A stretch of 32,000 bases of DNA from Halomicronema hongdechloris C2206. GTDB taxonomy: Bacteria; Cyanobacteriota; Cyanobacteriia; Phormidesmidales; Phormidesmidaceae. Both the position numbers and the translations under genes were made by a program. The notes beneath the pieces were generated by a model. That model had not been told where the DNA came from. It saw nothing but the letters and a program-made list of their open reading frames with translations, and made no database searches. Of this stretch, positions 1-9,282 are shown piece after piece. Location of the stretch: the NCBI RefSeq assembly GCF_002075285.3, contig NZ_CP021983.2, forward strand, positions 960,001 through 992,000, read 5' to 3'. Each line of letters starts with the position of its first letter. Within the stretch, counting starts at the first letter, position 1.

Positions 1-812
1 TCTGCGGTAACGTCGCCTTGCTCCTCTGGCAAATCGGTATAAGGGACCTCTAACCATTCCACATCTTCGCCAGGGGTGAGTACACCACTGACCCATAGGG
101 GCGTCCAAGTGTAATAGAGAATCGGTTCACCCTGCTCAAACCGAGTAATCGTATCTGCCATCAGGGCAAGATACTGACCCTGGTCATGCTGCACGGTCTC
201 TCTGAGATCATAGGCATCGAGATGATGCTCAATCACCAGTTCACAGCCCCAGCCAGGGTTGCAGCCTGTCAGGTTGGCCTGACCATCGCCATCGGTGTCA
301 AACAGGGCGGCAATCTCGGGATCCTGAAGCTGCTCTATAGAGGTGATGTCATACTCCTCTGCCGTGGCCTTATCGATCAAATATCCCTGTAAGACATTGT
401 CGATGATGACGCCCATGCGCTCCAGCTGGTCATCACCCCCGCTATTTTCAAAGAAGTCACTGTGCAACTGCTCCCAGTGGACCGCCGTGTAGTCAATGCC
501 GCCATTGGCAATATCTACGTGCATGGTGGCATATTCTAATTCCTTGCCATCCTCCACCTCATAGCCAAGCTGTTCTAGGCCAATATTGACCACTTCGGTT
601 TGAAATAATTCCTCCAACACAGAATAAGCGGGGGTAACGCTGACGCCTTCGCCTGGCATGGGGACGGATTCAGCCTGTTCTTCCCCGTCTGTCGGAGCAG
701 TATCTGTGGCTTGGTTACACGCCGTTACGCCTGCCGTCAGCACGGTGGCAGCCGTGGCCATGGCCAACCCGCGGCCAACTGGTAACGTGGGTAAATTCAA
801 TGCAAATTTCAT
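1..812 (-). CDS. proX: Glycine betaine/proline betaine ABC transporter substrate-binding lipoprotein (ProX/OpuAC-like), partial; the C-terminus lies beyond the window edge
   Basis: Not in the ORF track because it is truncated by the window. I translated the minus strand from the ATG (reverse complement of 810-812). It gives MKFALNLPTLPVGRGLAMATAATVLTAGVTAC (signal peptide plus lipobox-like Cys), then ...HVDIANGGIDYTAVHWEQLH...NLTGCNPGWGCELVIEHHLDAY...YYTWTPLW. This is typical of ProX-type binding proteins. It sits directly downstream of proV-proW on the same strand. Confidence 0.8.
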   Translation of the reverse strand, partial: MKFALNLPTLPVGRGLAMATAATVLTAGVTACNQATDTAPTDGEEQAESVPMPGEGVSVTPAYSVLEELFQTEVVNIGLEQLGYEVEDGKELEYATMHVDIANGGIDYTAVHWEQLHSDFFENSGGDDQLERMGVIIDNVLQGYLIDKATAEEYDITSIEQLQDPEIAALFDTDGDGQANLTGCNPGWGCELVIEHHLDAYDLRETVQHDQGQYLALMADTITRFEQGEPILYYTWTPLWVSGVLTPGEDVEWLEVPYTDLPEEQGDVTA

Positions 813-902
813 GGTCTCAAATCGTAAACTGCTTTAGAAATCACTCTGTCAATCCAGAGCATCTATCCTGACTCTGTGACTAGAGTAGGGTATCTCGCCA
901 AG

Positions 903-1862
903 TTAGCGGATGCGGGCAGGTGAAGGCTGCTGGCCCAGAAATCGATGACGAATGAAACCAACTAGCCCCCGGTCTGCCCAATCCAATCCATCCTGGGGTG
1001 GATGGCCGATGGCTTGGGTAATTCGATCCAAGACAATGGCCATCAACACAATACCAAGCCCGCCGACGGCCGCTAGACCCACATCCAAGCGGCCAATGCC
1101 GCGGTTTACCATCTGTCCTAGTCCCTCAACGGCAATTAGCGAGGCAATCACTACCATAGACAGGGCCAACATGATGGACTGGTTCACGCCGGCCAAGATA
1201 GTCGGCATGGCCAGGGGAACTTGCACCTCCCAAAGCACCTGCCGTGGCGTTGAACCAAAGGCCAGGGCAGCTTCAACGGTTTCTTTAGAAACTTGGCGAA
1301 TGCCGATGTTGGTCAAGCGAATCAACGGCGGCACGGCAAAGATGAAGGTAACGATCACCCCCGGTACCTTACCAGTGCCAAATAACATCACCACGGGAAC
1401 CAAATAGACGAATGCTGGCAGGGTCTGCATGGCATCTAGAATCGGCCGAATGATTTGCTCGAAGCGTTCGCTGCGAGCGGCGGTGATGCCCAGGGGAATA
1501 CCAATGACAGTGCAGAGTACCACGGCGGTAACGACCAGGGAGAGGGTCGTCATAGACTCGTTCCAGGCGCCCATGGCCCCAGTTAGCAGCATGGCAATCA
1601 GGGTGAAGATGGCAACGCCTCGACCGGCAAACTGCCAGGCTATAAGCACCAGCACCCCGATGAATAAAACCGGAGGCACCGATTGGAAAAATGTCTCAAT
1701 ACCGTTGAGGACCTGCCCTACCGGCCAACGGATGAGCTGGAAGATCCAACGAAAATTATCGACCACCCAGCCCACACCGGTTTCGATCCAGTCGGCCAAG
1801 GGCAACATTTCGGTGGATCGGTTGAGAAATAACCAGTTCAGGAGCTCTACGAGAGGATTCAT
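903..1862 (-). CDS. proW: Glycine betaine/proline ABC transporter permease (ProW-like)
   Basis: 319-aa polytopic membrane ORF. It carries an ABC permease EAA-type region (...AALAFGSTPRQVLWEVQVPLAMPTILAGVNQ...). It lies between the ProV-like ATPase and the ProX-like binding protein. Confidence 0.9.
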   Translation of the reverse strand: MNPLVELLNWLFLNRSTEMLPLADWIETGVGWVVDNFRWIFQLIRWPVGQVLNGIETFFQSVPPVLFIGVLVLIAWQFAGRGVAIFTLIAMLLTGAMGAWNESMTTLSLVVTAVVLCTVIGIPLGITAARSERFEQIIRPILDAMQTLPAFVYLVPVVMLFGTGKVPGVIVTFIFAVPPLIRLTNIGIRQVSKETVEAALAFGSTPRQVLWEVQVPLAMPTILAGVNQSIMLALSMVVIASLIAVEGLGQMVNRGIGRLDVGLAAVGGLGIVLMAIVLDRITQAIGHPPQDGLDWADRGLVGFIRHRFLGQQPSPARIR

Positions 1863-1897
1863 AGTCTGTCGAATGTCTAATCGAATATCTAATGCGT

Positions 1898-3151
1898 TTA
1901 GGACACTGCCATCTGTGGTGACTGTTCGACGACCTGAGAGATGGGCGCTTCAGTCTTTACCTCACTCAGGCGACCAATGCTGGAGAAGATATCAGAATGC
2001 TGCACCATGCCTTTGAATTTGCCGTCATGGCCAACCACCGCTAAGGGTTGAGGCGAATGGCAGAGGTGGAAGATCTCTTCTAGGGTGGCGGTGGCTTCAG
2101 CTTTAGGAAAATCTTTGACCATCACGGTGGTGATGTCCTCTAAGCCCTGTTGCTGGGCCTCTTCTAGCTGACTGGCAGTGACATATCCCACGGGCTTGCC
2201 GTGGCGATCGACTACAAACATATCGTGGCGTTGGTGCTGGTGCATCTCGTCTAGGGCAGAGCGCAATGAATCTTGCCCCAGGATGAACGGCACGGTCTGT
2301 CGCACGATTGACCCTGTCTTAAGAACCTGAGCCCGATTGACGTCTTGGATGAAGTCACGGATATACTCGTCGGCGGGTTGAGTCACTAGTTCCTCAGGAG
2401 TACCCACCTGCACTAGGTAACCGTCCTTCATGACGGCGACTCGATCGCCTAGCTTCAGGGCTTCCTGAATATCGTGACTGATGAAAACAATGGTTTTCTT
2501 CAGCTCCCGTTGTAGTCGCAACAGCTCATCCTGCATGTCGCGACGAATCAGGGGGTCGAGGGCGCCGAAGGCCTCATCCATCAGCATAATCGGAGCGTCG
2601 GTGGCTAGGGCTCTAGCTAGGCCGACCCGTTGTTGCATACCGCCACTGAGGGAGTCAGGAGCATAGTCGGCCCACTTTGCTAACCCCACGACTTCTAAGG
2701 TTTGTATAGCTTTGTCGTGGCGCTCATCGGCTCCCATGCCCTGAACCTTAAGGCCGTATTCAACGTTTTCGGCCACGGTTTTGTGGGGAAACAGGCCGAA
2801 GCGCTGGAACACCATGGACATTTTGGTGCGTCGCACTTCCCGTAGCCGCTTTTTATCGACGTTGACAATATCTTCGCCGTCGACATACACATGGCCGCTG
2901 GTCACGGGGATGAGACGGTTGAGGCAGCGGACCAGGGTCGATTTACCAGAGCCAGATAAACCCATCACTACGAATAGCTCTCCCTCGGTAATGGAGAGTG
3001 AGACATCGGCAATGCCTAAGACATGGCCTGTAGCTGTAAAAATTTCGTCTCGATTGCCCCCCTCACGAAATAGCTTCAAAGCGTGTTGGGGATCTTTCCC
3101 GTAGATTTTGACTAGATTTTCAATCTGAATCTTAGGTTTTGGATTAGGCAT
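1898..3151 (-). CDS. proV: Glycine betaine/proline ABC transporter ATP-binding protein with a C-terminal CBS pair (ProV-like)
   Basis: 417 aa. Walker A GLSGSGKST, signature LSGGMQQRVGLARAL, Walker B IMLMDEAFGALD. The roughly 130-aa C-terminal extension is typical of ProV/OpuAA CBS domains. Confidence 0.92.
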   Translation of the reverse strand: MPNPKPKIQIENLVKIYGKDPQHALKLFREGGNRDEIFTATGHVLGIADVSLSITEGELFVVMGLSGSGKSTLVRCLNRLIPVTSGHVYVDGEDIVNVDKKRLREVRRTKMSMVFQRFGLFPHKTVAENVEYGLKVQGMGADERHDKAIQTLEVVGLAKWADYAPDSLSGGMQQRVGLARALATDAPIMLMDEAFGALDPLIRRDMQDELLRLQRELKKTIVFISHDIQEALKLGDRVAVMKDGYLVQVGTPEELVTQPADEYIRDFIQDVNRAQVLKTGSIVRQTVPFILGQDSLRSALDEMHQHQRHDMFVVDRHGKPVGYVTASQLEEAQQQGLEDITTVMVKDFPKAEATATLEEIFHLCHSPQPLAVVGHDGKFKGMVQHSDIFSSIGRLSEVKTEAPISQVVEQSPQMAVS

Positions 3152-3631
3152 CGTTAACTCCTAAGATGAAAGCTGCCAAGTACTCCGTGAGTATGAGGCT
3201 GGCTTCTAGGGATAATTGCACCTGAGCCAAGCTCAATCCCAGAATTTATCCAAGGAAAACTCCAGAACTCCAACTGGACTCAGGGTAGGTTCTCATTCAA
3301 GCCTAGGATCTCTCGACTAAGACGCTCGGCAATGAGTTGCCGCGGAGTGAGAGAGGACTTGATGGTGACTTTACCTTCACAGCAATTGCCGGATGAATGG
3401 CTGAGGCTGGAAAGCGTAAGTCTGGGTGTCTCTTATCAGGATACAGAACCGTATCCTCAGCGCCCGATGGCAACTGAGTCGAAACGGCCATCGATTGAGG
3501 GGGATAAATAATGCTTGGTGATGGCTGAATGACTTGCCCTGCCTGGTATGGGCCCTTATTCTATTGACGAGATTAAGCGGGTTAGATGCGATCGCACACT
3601 CATAAAACTATACACACCGAATTTATATTTT

Positions 3632-5545
3632 CTATCGATAGCTCCGTTGAGTCGGGGATACCGCCTCAAACTCCAGAGGCTCTCGATGCAGTCGTGGCGA
3701 GGAACTTTCTCCACCCTGTTCCCAAGCGGCTACATAGGCAAAGTGCTGATCATCCCGCTTGGCTTCTCCCTGCGGGGTCTGATATTCCTCCCGGAAGTGA
3801 CCGCCGCAGGACTCTTCCCGATGCAGCGCATCCCGAGCCATCAATTCGGCCAGTTCCATGAAATCAGCCACCCGGCCAGAAAACTCCAGATTTTTGTTTA
3901 GAGTGTCCGGATGGCCCGGAACCTTGAGATTGGTCCAAAACTCTTGCTGTAAGTCTTGAATTCGTACGATAGCCCCTTCCAGTCCCTCTCGATGGCGAGC
4001 CATGCCGACATGATTCCAGACGACTTGACCTAATTCCCGATGGAACTCCATCACCGTTTTATCGCCTTGAATGGACAGCAGCCGCGTAATTCGGTCTCGG
4101 GCCGTCGCTTCTGCTTCAGCAAACTCCGCCTGCTCCGCATCCACTGCCGGTAGATCATGGCTGGCTAAGTAGTCGCCCAGGGTATAGGGAATCACGAAGT
4201 AACCATCTGCCAATCCTTGCATCAAGGCACTCGCTCCCAAGCGATTGGCCCCATGATCGGAGAAATTAGCCTCCCCCAACACAAATAGTCCTGGGATCGT
4301 ACTCATCAGGTGGTAGTCCACCCAGAGCCCCCCCATAGTGTAATGCACTGCTGGATAGATGCGCATAGGACTGACGTAGGGATCGTCGCCGGTGATGCGC
4401 TGGTACATCTCAAACAAATTGCCATAGCGCGCCTGGATGGTAGATTTACCCAAACGTTGGATGGCATCACGAAAATCTAAGTACACGGCCAAGCCCGTCT
4501 CTCCCACACCGTGGTTCTGATCCGTCATGGATTTGGCATTGCGAGAGGCCACATCCCGGGGGACTAGGTTGCCAAAAGTAGGATACTTGCGTTCCAGATA
4601 ATAGTCCCGCTCCGCCTCCGGAATCTGCTCTGGAGGGCGACGATCCCCCGGCTGTTTGGGTACCCAGACTCGACCATCATTGCGCAAACCCTCACTCATC
4701 AGGGTCAGTTTGGACTGATAATCCCCCGATACCGGAATACAAGTGGGGTGAATTTGGGTGTAACAGGGATTGGCGAAGGCGGCGCCTCGTTTATGGCAGC
4801 GCCACGCCGCCGTCACATTAGAGTTCTTAGCATTAGTAGAGAGATAATAAACATTGCCATAGCCCCCCGTGCACAGCAACACCGCATCGCCGCTGTAGCG
4901 CTCCAGGGTGCCGGTGACTAAATTCCGCACAATGATGCCTCGGGCCTGACTCGCCACCACCACCAACTCCAGCATCTCTCGCCGAGGAAAGACCTGTATC
5001 CGACCTGCCTGCACCATCCGCATCATGGCCCCATAGGCTCCCAGCAGCAGTTGCTGCCCCGTCTGCCCCCGGGCGTAAAAGGTGCGCGACACCTGAGCTC
5101 CGCCGAAGGAGCGATTGCTTAAGAGCCCGCCATACTCTCGGGCAAAGGGGATTCCCTGGGCCACACAGTGGTCAATAATCTGGCTACTGATCTGGGCTAG
5201 GCGGTAAACGTTAGCCTCACGAGAGCGATAGTCGCCCCCCTTGATCGTGTCGTAGAACAACCGCCAGATACTATCGCCATCGTTGGGATAGTTCTTAGTG
5301 GCATTAATCCCTCCTTGGGCAGCAATGCTGTGGGCCCGACGGGGAGAATCTTGAATACAGAAACTCCGCACCTGATAGCCCAATTCAGCCAGACTAGCGG
5401 CGGCTGAGGCCCCGGCCAGCCCCGTCCCGACCACCAGAATGCGATAATGGCGCTTATTGTTGGGATTCACTAAACGGCACTGCTGCTTGCAGATATCCCA
5501 TTTATCTTGCAAGGGGCCGGCAGGAATCCGAGAATCCAGCTTCAT
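3632..5545 (-). CDS. sdhA: Succinate dehydrogenase/fumarate reductase flavoprotein subunit (long, about 637-aa type)
   Basis: N-terminal FAD fold [22 protein letters not shown]. Also [11 protein letters not shown] (covalent FAD His region), HPTCIP and [10 protein letters not shown] motifs. The start lies 3 nt after the stop of the upstream cytochrome b gene. Confidence 0.92.
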   Translation of the reverse strand: MKLDSRIPAGPLQDKWDICKQQCRLVNPNNKRHYRILVVGTGLAGASAAASLAELGYQVRSFCIQDSPRRAHSIAAQGGINATKNYPNDGDSIWRLFYDTIKGGDYRSREANVYRLAQISSQIIDHCVAQGIPFAREYGGLLSNRSFGGAQVSRTFYARGQTGQQLLLGAYGAMMRMVQAGRIQVFPRREMLELVVVASQARGIIVRNLVTGTLERYSGDAVLLCTGGYGNVYYLSTNAKNSNVTAAWRCHKRGAAFANPCYTQIHPTCIPVSGDYQSKLTLMSEGLRNDGRVWVPKQPGDRRPPEQIPEAERDYYLERKYPTFGNLVPRDVASRNAKSMTDQNHGVGETGLAVYLDFRDAIQRLGKSTIQARYGNLFEMYQRITGDDPYVSPMRIYPAVHYTMGGLWVDYHLMSTIPGLFVLGEANFSDHGANRLGASALMQGLADGYFVIPYTLGDYLASHDLPAVDAEQAEFAEAEATARDRITRLLSIQGDKTVMEFHRELGQVVWNHVGMARHREGLEGAIVRIQDLQQEFWTNLKVPGHPDTLNKNLEFSGRVADFMELAELMARDALHREESCGGHFREEYQTPQGEAKRDDQHFAYVAAWEQGGESSSPRLHREPLEFEAVSPTQRSYR

Positions 5546-5548
5546 GGG

Positions 5549-6277
5549 TTAGGTCACCAGACCGAAATAAATTGCCAGGGGCAGCCCCAGAAAGCCTACC
5601 GCCAGGAGTAGGGCCAGCCCTGTCCCCAGAGTATACGCCGTGGAACGTATTCCCATGCCCATGGCTCCTAAGGATTGAAAGGCACTCCAAACGCCATGGC
5701 GCAGGTGCAAACCCAATCCCACCATGACGCCCACATAACCAAAGGTATAGCCAGGCCGCTGAAACGTGTCTACCACTAACCGAGCCAGATCCCGTGTGAC
5801 CACACCATCGATCTCGACAGGGTAAGTAGGGCCAAACTTAAAATGGGCCAGATGTAGCCCTAAAAACCCTGCTAGCACCAGGCCGGTGACGATCATGTTG
5901 CGGGAGCTGAGAGACTGTAGGCTAGGTGCTCCTGCCGATGTGTACCGCTCATAGCCTTGGGGACGAGCCTGGCGCTTCTGCCAATAGATATGTACACCGA
6001 CAGTGCCGTGGACGAGAACAGCCACCAGCAATAATAGTTCAACGATCCCCAACCATGGCCTTAACTCCTCCAGGTGGCGAGCATACTGATTAAAAGCCCT
6101 ATGCCCTGCCAGTAGGGTCAAGTTGCCCGCCAGATGCACGGTCACAAAGAGCACCAGTCCCAAGCCAGTCACGCCAGAGATCAGCTTCTTGCCCAAGGAG
6201 GACTGATACAGCTGGATCAGCCTGGATGACTTCGCCGGAGGTGACTCTACCTGTTCAAGGATGAAATCCATTGCCAT
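5549..6277 (-). CDS. sdhC: Succinate dehydrogenase/fumarate reductase cytochrome b subunit (b558-type membrane anchor)
   Basis: 242-aa protein with about 5 hydrophobic helices and conserved His residues in the helices (VHLAGN, LVHGTVGVH, LHLAHF, LHLRHG). It is tightly coupled upstream of sdhA. Confidence 0.72.
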   Translation of the reverse strand: MAMDFILEQVESPPAKSSRLIQLYQSSLGKKLISGVTGLGLVLFVTVHLAGNLTLLAGHRAFNQYARHLEELRPWLGIVELLLLVAVLVHGTVGVHIYWQKRQARPQGYERYTSAGAPSLQSLSSRNMIVTGLVLAGFLGLHLAHFKFGPTYPVEIDGVVTRDLARLVVDTFQRPGYTFGYVGVMVGLGLHLRHGVWSAFQSLGAMGMGIRSTAYTLGTGLALLLAVGFLGLPLAIYFGLVT

Positions 6278-6593
6278 GACCTAACCCCTTAGATTCATCC
6301 TAAAGGGAATTTATCGTCGACGCTCTCAATTACCTCGATCTATAACCTAGGTGCCCCGACTATCCCACCCTGTAGGACTCGCTGACTGAACACCTGCGGT
6401 CTGCCCAAGCCCCTTTGATCTTTTTACAATCGGATTACAATCGGAGCATCCGATGCGGAGGATAACCTGGCCATGTCACTGACGGTGCAACAGTTGGCGG
6501 AGCTACCAGATACCTCCCAACTGGAGAGCAATGAGCCGGAAATGGAAAGCTCGCTTGACTGATGCACAGTGGCAACGGGAAAGCAAAACAGCC

Positions 6594-7037
6594 ATGGATA
6601 CTCCACTTTACGATCGCGACTTCCACCTGTGGACACAGCACCAAATTGCCTGCTTGCAGAAGGAACAGTGGGCAGAGTTGGATGTGGATAATCTGATTGA
6701 GGAGTTAGCGGACTTGGGCAGACGTGAACAGAAGGAACTCGGCAGTTACCTAAAAGTACTGATCATGCATTTGCTCAAGTTGCAGTATCAACCGGAACGG
6801 CGATCTAAAAGTTGGGAAGTCACGATCGCCAATTGTCGGGATAGTATTCAGGACTGCTTGGAGGATAGCCCCAGCTTGCAACGGTTCTTGAAAGACACAG
6901 AGTGGGTTGCCAAATACTATCGTCGCGCCCGTCGCGATGCCGCCAAGGAAACCGAGCTGCCTACCGATACGTTTCCTGCTGTGTGTCCCTACACCATGCC
7001 TCAAATCCTGGATCCCCAGTTTTGGCCTGGGGCCTAG
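6594..7037 (+). CDS. DUF29 family protein
   Basis: From the internal ATG at 6594 the sequence reads MDTPLYDRDFHLWTQHQIACLQKEQWAELDVDNLIEELADLGRREQKEL...HLLKLQYQPERRSKSWEVTI. This is the characteristic DUF29 N-terminus and core found in many cyanobacterial copies. The ORF-track start at 6531 adds 21 non-homologous residues. Confidence 0.8.
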   Translation: MDTPLYDRDFHLWTQHQIACLQKEQWAELDVDNLIEELADLGRREQKELGSYLKVLIMHLLKLQYQPERRSKSWEVTIANCRDSIQDCLEDSPSLQRFLKDTEWVAKYYRRARRDAAKETELPTDTFPAVCPYTMPQILDPQFWPGA

Positions 7038-7114
7038 AGCTGTATTTTGGCCATCATCACAGGCAATTGCTTAACTGGACTTGATGAAGTTTGCGGTGAG
7101 AGGGAAAATCCTAG

Positions 7115-7321
7115 GCCGCTATTGACTTATTTATCGTATGGGACTGCAACCTGCCGATTCTAGAGCGCATCGGCACCGTCCTAACCCTGCTAGCCGATGC
7201 CCCTCTGCCGGTTGAGGCGATTGTCTACACCCCTGATGAACTCACTCAATGTCAGGAGCGGCCCTTCATCCGTCAGCTTTTAGCCGAAGGCCAAGTACTC
7301 TACCAGCAGGGGCATTCATGA
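7115..7321 (+). pseudogene. Remnant of a minimal nucleotidyltransferase (MNT, antitoxin-type); the N-terminal catalytic region is missing or interrupted
   Basis: My translation is AAIDLFIVWDCNLPILERIGTVLTLLADAPLPVEAIVYTPDELTQCQERPFIRQLLAEGQVLYQQGHS*. It resembles the (S)DIDLLIV...D.lvyTp.E...F...i..EG..LY C-terminal two thirds of MNT proteins. In-frame stops lie immediately upstream (TGA 7097-7099, TAG 7112-7114). There is no start codon and no GS-x-ARG motif. Confidence 0.5.
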
Positions 7322-7473
7322 GTCGTGAAAACCTGCTGTATATTCCTACCCGCTATCCCGATGCGCTAGCGGAACTCACCCCTGCAGAAGCCTTTACGTC
7401 AGGGGAGGCGCAGACAGCGATTGGCGCCTCCCAGCACTTGCTGAGTCAAGTGAACCAGTGGCTAAACCAATGA
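7318..7473 (+). pseudogene. Remnant of a HEPN-domain protein (toxin-type partner of MNT); likely internal deletion
   Basis: 51 codons: MSRENLLYIPTRYPDALAELTPAEAFTSGEAQTAIGASQHLLSQVNQWLNQ. YIPTRYPD plus the following helix is the C-terminal signature of COG2250-type HEPN proteins, which normally run about 120-140 aa. The R-x(4-6)-H region is absent. The ATG overlaps the MNT remnant stop as ATGA (7318-7321). Confidence 0.5.
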
Positions 7474-7577
7474 TCTACCTCGACTATCATGCGACGACCC
7501 CGGTTGATTCTAGAGTTGCCCAAAACGTTTTCCATGCCATGACTGCAGGCTTTGGCAACGCCAGTAGTCTCGATCAT
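7470..7577 (+). pseudogene. 5' stub of a cysteine desulfurase (NifS/IscS-like) gene
   Basis: MIYLDYHATTPVDSRVAQNVFHAMTAGFGNASSLDH matches the conserved class V aminotransferase/IscS N-terminus (IYLDY.ATTPVD.RV....FGN.(A)S..H). After about 36 codons the similarity ends. The open frame then runs antisense into the argG 3' end and stops at 7650-7652. Confidence 0.5.
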
Positions 7578-7614
7578 GTAGCCCCAGGAGGCAGAGCAGA
7601 CATGCTGCTGCCAG

Positions 7615-8820
7615 TTAGCCCCGCCGCAACCGTTCAGACCAAACCCGAGTAGGTAATCCCCAGACATAGATAAAGCCCTCGGCGGCGCGATGGTCAAACT
7701 GATCATCCTCGCTGTAGGTCGCCAATTCCTCGCTGTACAGCGCTTGCTCAGACTGACGCCCGACGATGATGGCATTGCCCTTAAATAGCTTTACCCGCAC
7801 CCGCCCACTCACCTGCTGTTGAGTCTGCTGTACAAAGGCATCTAAGGCCGCCTTTAAGGGACTATACCAGAGGCCGTTGTAGACCAGTTGGCTATAGGTC
7901 TCTTCGATGCCTCGCTTGTAGTGGGTGACATCGGCGGTTAGGGTGAGGCTCTCTAGGTCGCGATGGGCAGCAATGAGGACCATCAGAGCAGGGGCTTCGT
8001 AAATCTCTCGGGATTTAATCCCCACCAGCCGGTTTTCGATCATATCGATGCGACCAATGCCATGGCGACCAGCCAGTTGATTTAATTGCTCGATCAACGG
8101 CACCGGGGCCATGGCGGTGCCATTAAGGTGGGTGGGTATGCCTTGAGTAAAGCCAATCTCCACATAGTCAGGGTCGTCTGGGGTACTGGCCAGCCCTTGG
8201 GTCATGGCAAACACTTCTTCCGTGGGTTCATGCCAGGGGTTCTCTAGGGGACCAGCCTCAATGCTGCGACCGAGTAAGTTCTGATCGATGCTGTAGGGGG
8301 AAGACTTCTTGACGGGGAACTCCAGCCCGAAACGCTCGCCGTAGGTGATGGTAGCCTCTCGACTCATGCCCCATTCCCGCGCTGGTGCTAGCACCTTCAA
8401 ATTGGGGTTGAGGGCGGCAATAGAGACATCAAAGCGCACTTGGTCATTGCCTTTGCCGGTACATCCATGGGCGACGGCATCGGCTCCATGGGCCTCAGCG
8501 GCCTCCACCAGGAGTTTGGCAATCAGAGGGCGGGCTAAGGCCGTAGATAGAGGATAGCGGGTTTCGTAAAGAGCGTTGGCCTGGATCGCTGGAAAGGCAT
8601 AGTTGGCAATGAAATCCTCACTGCCATTGACCACTAATGACTCCCTAGCTCCTGCCGTTAATGCTTTTTGGCGAATTGGCTCTAGGGCCTCTCCCTGTCC
8701 CAGATCAGCCGCTAGGGTGATGACTTCCTTCACGCCCCATTCGTGCATCAGGTAAGGAATGCAGACGGTGGTATCGACACCGCCGGAATATGCCAACACA
8801 ACTTTCTCGGCCCGGCCCAT
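7615..8820 (-). CDS. argG: Argininosuccinate synthase
   Basis: 401 aa. It carries [15 protein letters not shown] (PP-loop ATPase motif) and the [15 protein letters not shown] signature. Confidence 0.96.
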   Translation of the reverse strand: MGRAEKVVLAYSGGVDTTVCIPYLMHEWGVKEVITLAADLGQGEALEPIRQKALTAGARESLVVNGSEDFIANYAFPAIQANALYETRYPLSTALARPLIAKLLVEAAEAHGADAVAHGCTGKGNDQVRFDVSIAALNPNLKVLAPAREWGMSREATITYGERFGLEFPVKKSSPYSIDQNLLGRSIEAGPLENPWHEPTEEVFAMTQGLASTPDDPDYVEIGFTQGIPTHLNGTAMAPVPLIEQLNQLAGRHGIGRIDMIENRLVGIKSREIYEAPALMVLIAAHRDLESLTLTADVTHYKRGIEETYSQLVYNGLWYSPLKAALDAFVQQTQQQVSGRVRVKLFKGNAIIVGRQSEQALYSEELATYSEDDQFDHRAAEGFIYVWGLPTRVWSERLRRG

Positions 8821-9118
8821 AACGTTACCTTTTCAACCATCACAAGGTTTTTACTCGTGCCAAATTCAGCTCGAGAGTTAGAGGATTTCCCTCAGCAATC
8901 TCTATGGCTGACCTTGGCCACAGTTCATTATGCAACTATCTGTTGCCGCTCCCTAGGAAAATTGTCGACACTCCTTGATGAGTGCACAACTGGTAAAGGA
9001 TTCGAGATGGCAAAATGTCCTATCAGGCTGGGTAGACAGCCTGTGGAGCCATCCAGTCTTACTAGGGCCAGGGAGATTGGCTGCCAAAGCCATCGCAATC
9101 TGAAGCAGGAGTTGATAG

Positions 9119-9132
9119 GGTACATATGTACG
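9119..9132. promoter_or_regulatory. Candidate LexA operator (GGTACATATGTACG; perfect 12-bp palindrome GTACATATGTAC at 9120-9131)
   Basis: It fits the cyanobacterial LexA-box consensus RGTACNNNDGTWCB (recalled from work on Anabaena/Nostoc) at all defined positions. It lies 151 nt upstream of the recA ATG, in the argG-recA divergent intergenic region. Confidence 0.4.
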
Positions 9133-9282
9133 CTGTGGTTTGGCAGGGTATGTTAAGGTTACTCGCTAGATTGAAAATCTGTCTAAACCCTATCCAAGTC
9201 CTGATCCGGAGGGGAGCTTAAGTACCCCTTCAGATCTAGAGCTAGACCTGTTATCAGTACCTAGACGCTGTTTTTAGACCCC

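Noticed and set aside
952-2016. Long plus-strand ORFs (952-1407 and 1429-2016) antisense to proW and proV. Similar shadow ORFs lie at 2781-3104, 16228-16800, 16813-17067, 17378-17929, 27473-27973, 28370-28960 and 29616-30083.
   Set aside because: Each lies entirely inside a well-supported gene on the opposite strand. Their composition is Arg/Ser/Pro/Ala-rich and low in complexity, as is typical of antisense frames in GC-rich DNA. None has a recognisable motif.
3303-3491. A 62-aa minus-strand ORF downstream of sdhA, considered as a possible sdhB remnant.
   Set aside because: It has no Cys-cluster (CxxCxxC...CP) motifs, is far too short, and is Pro/Ser-rich. It most likely lies in the non-coding proV upstream region.
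6473-6562. A 29-codon ORF, MSLTVQQLAELPDTSQLESNEPEMESSLD. Its start vaguely resembles the N-termini of Uma2-family or addiction-module proteins.
   Set aside because: It is too short, and the similarity is limited to a few residues. I cannot support it as either a gene or a pseudogene without a database search.
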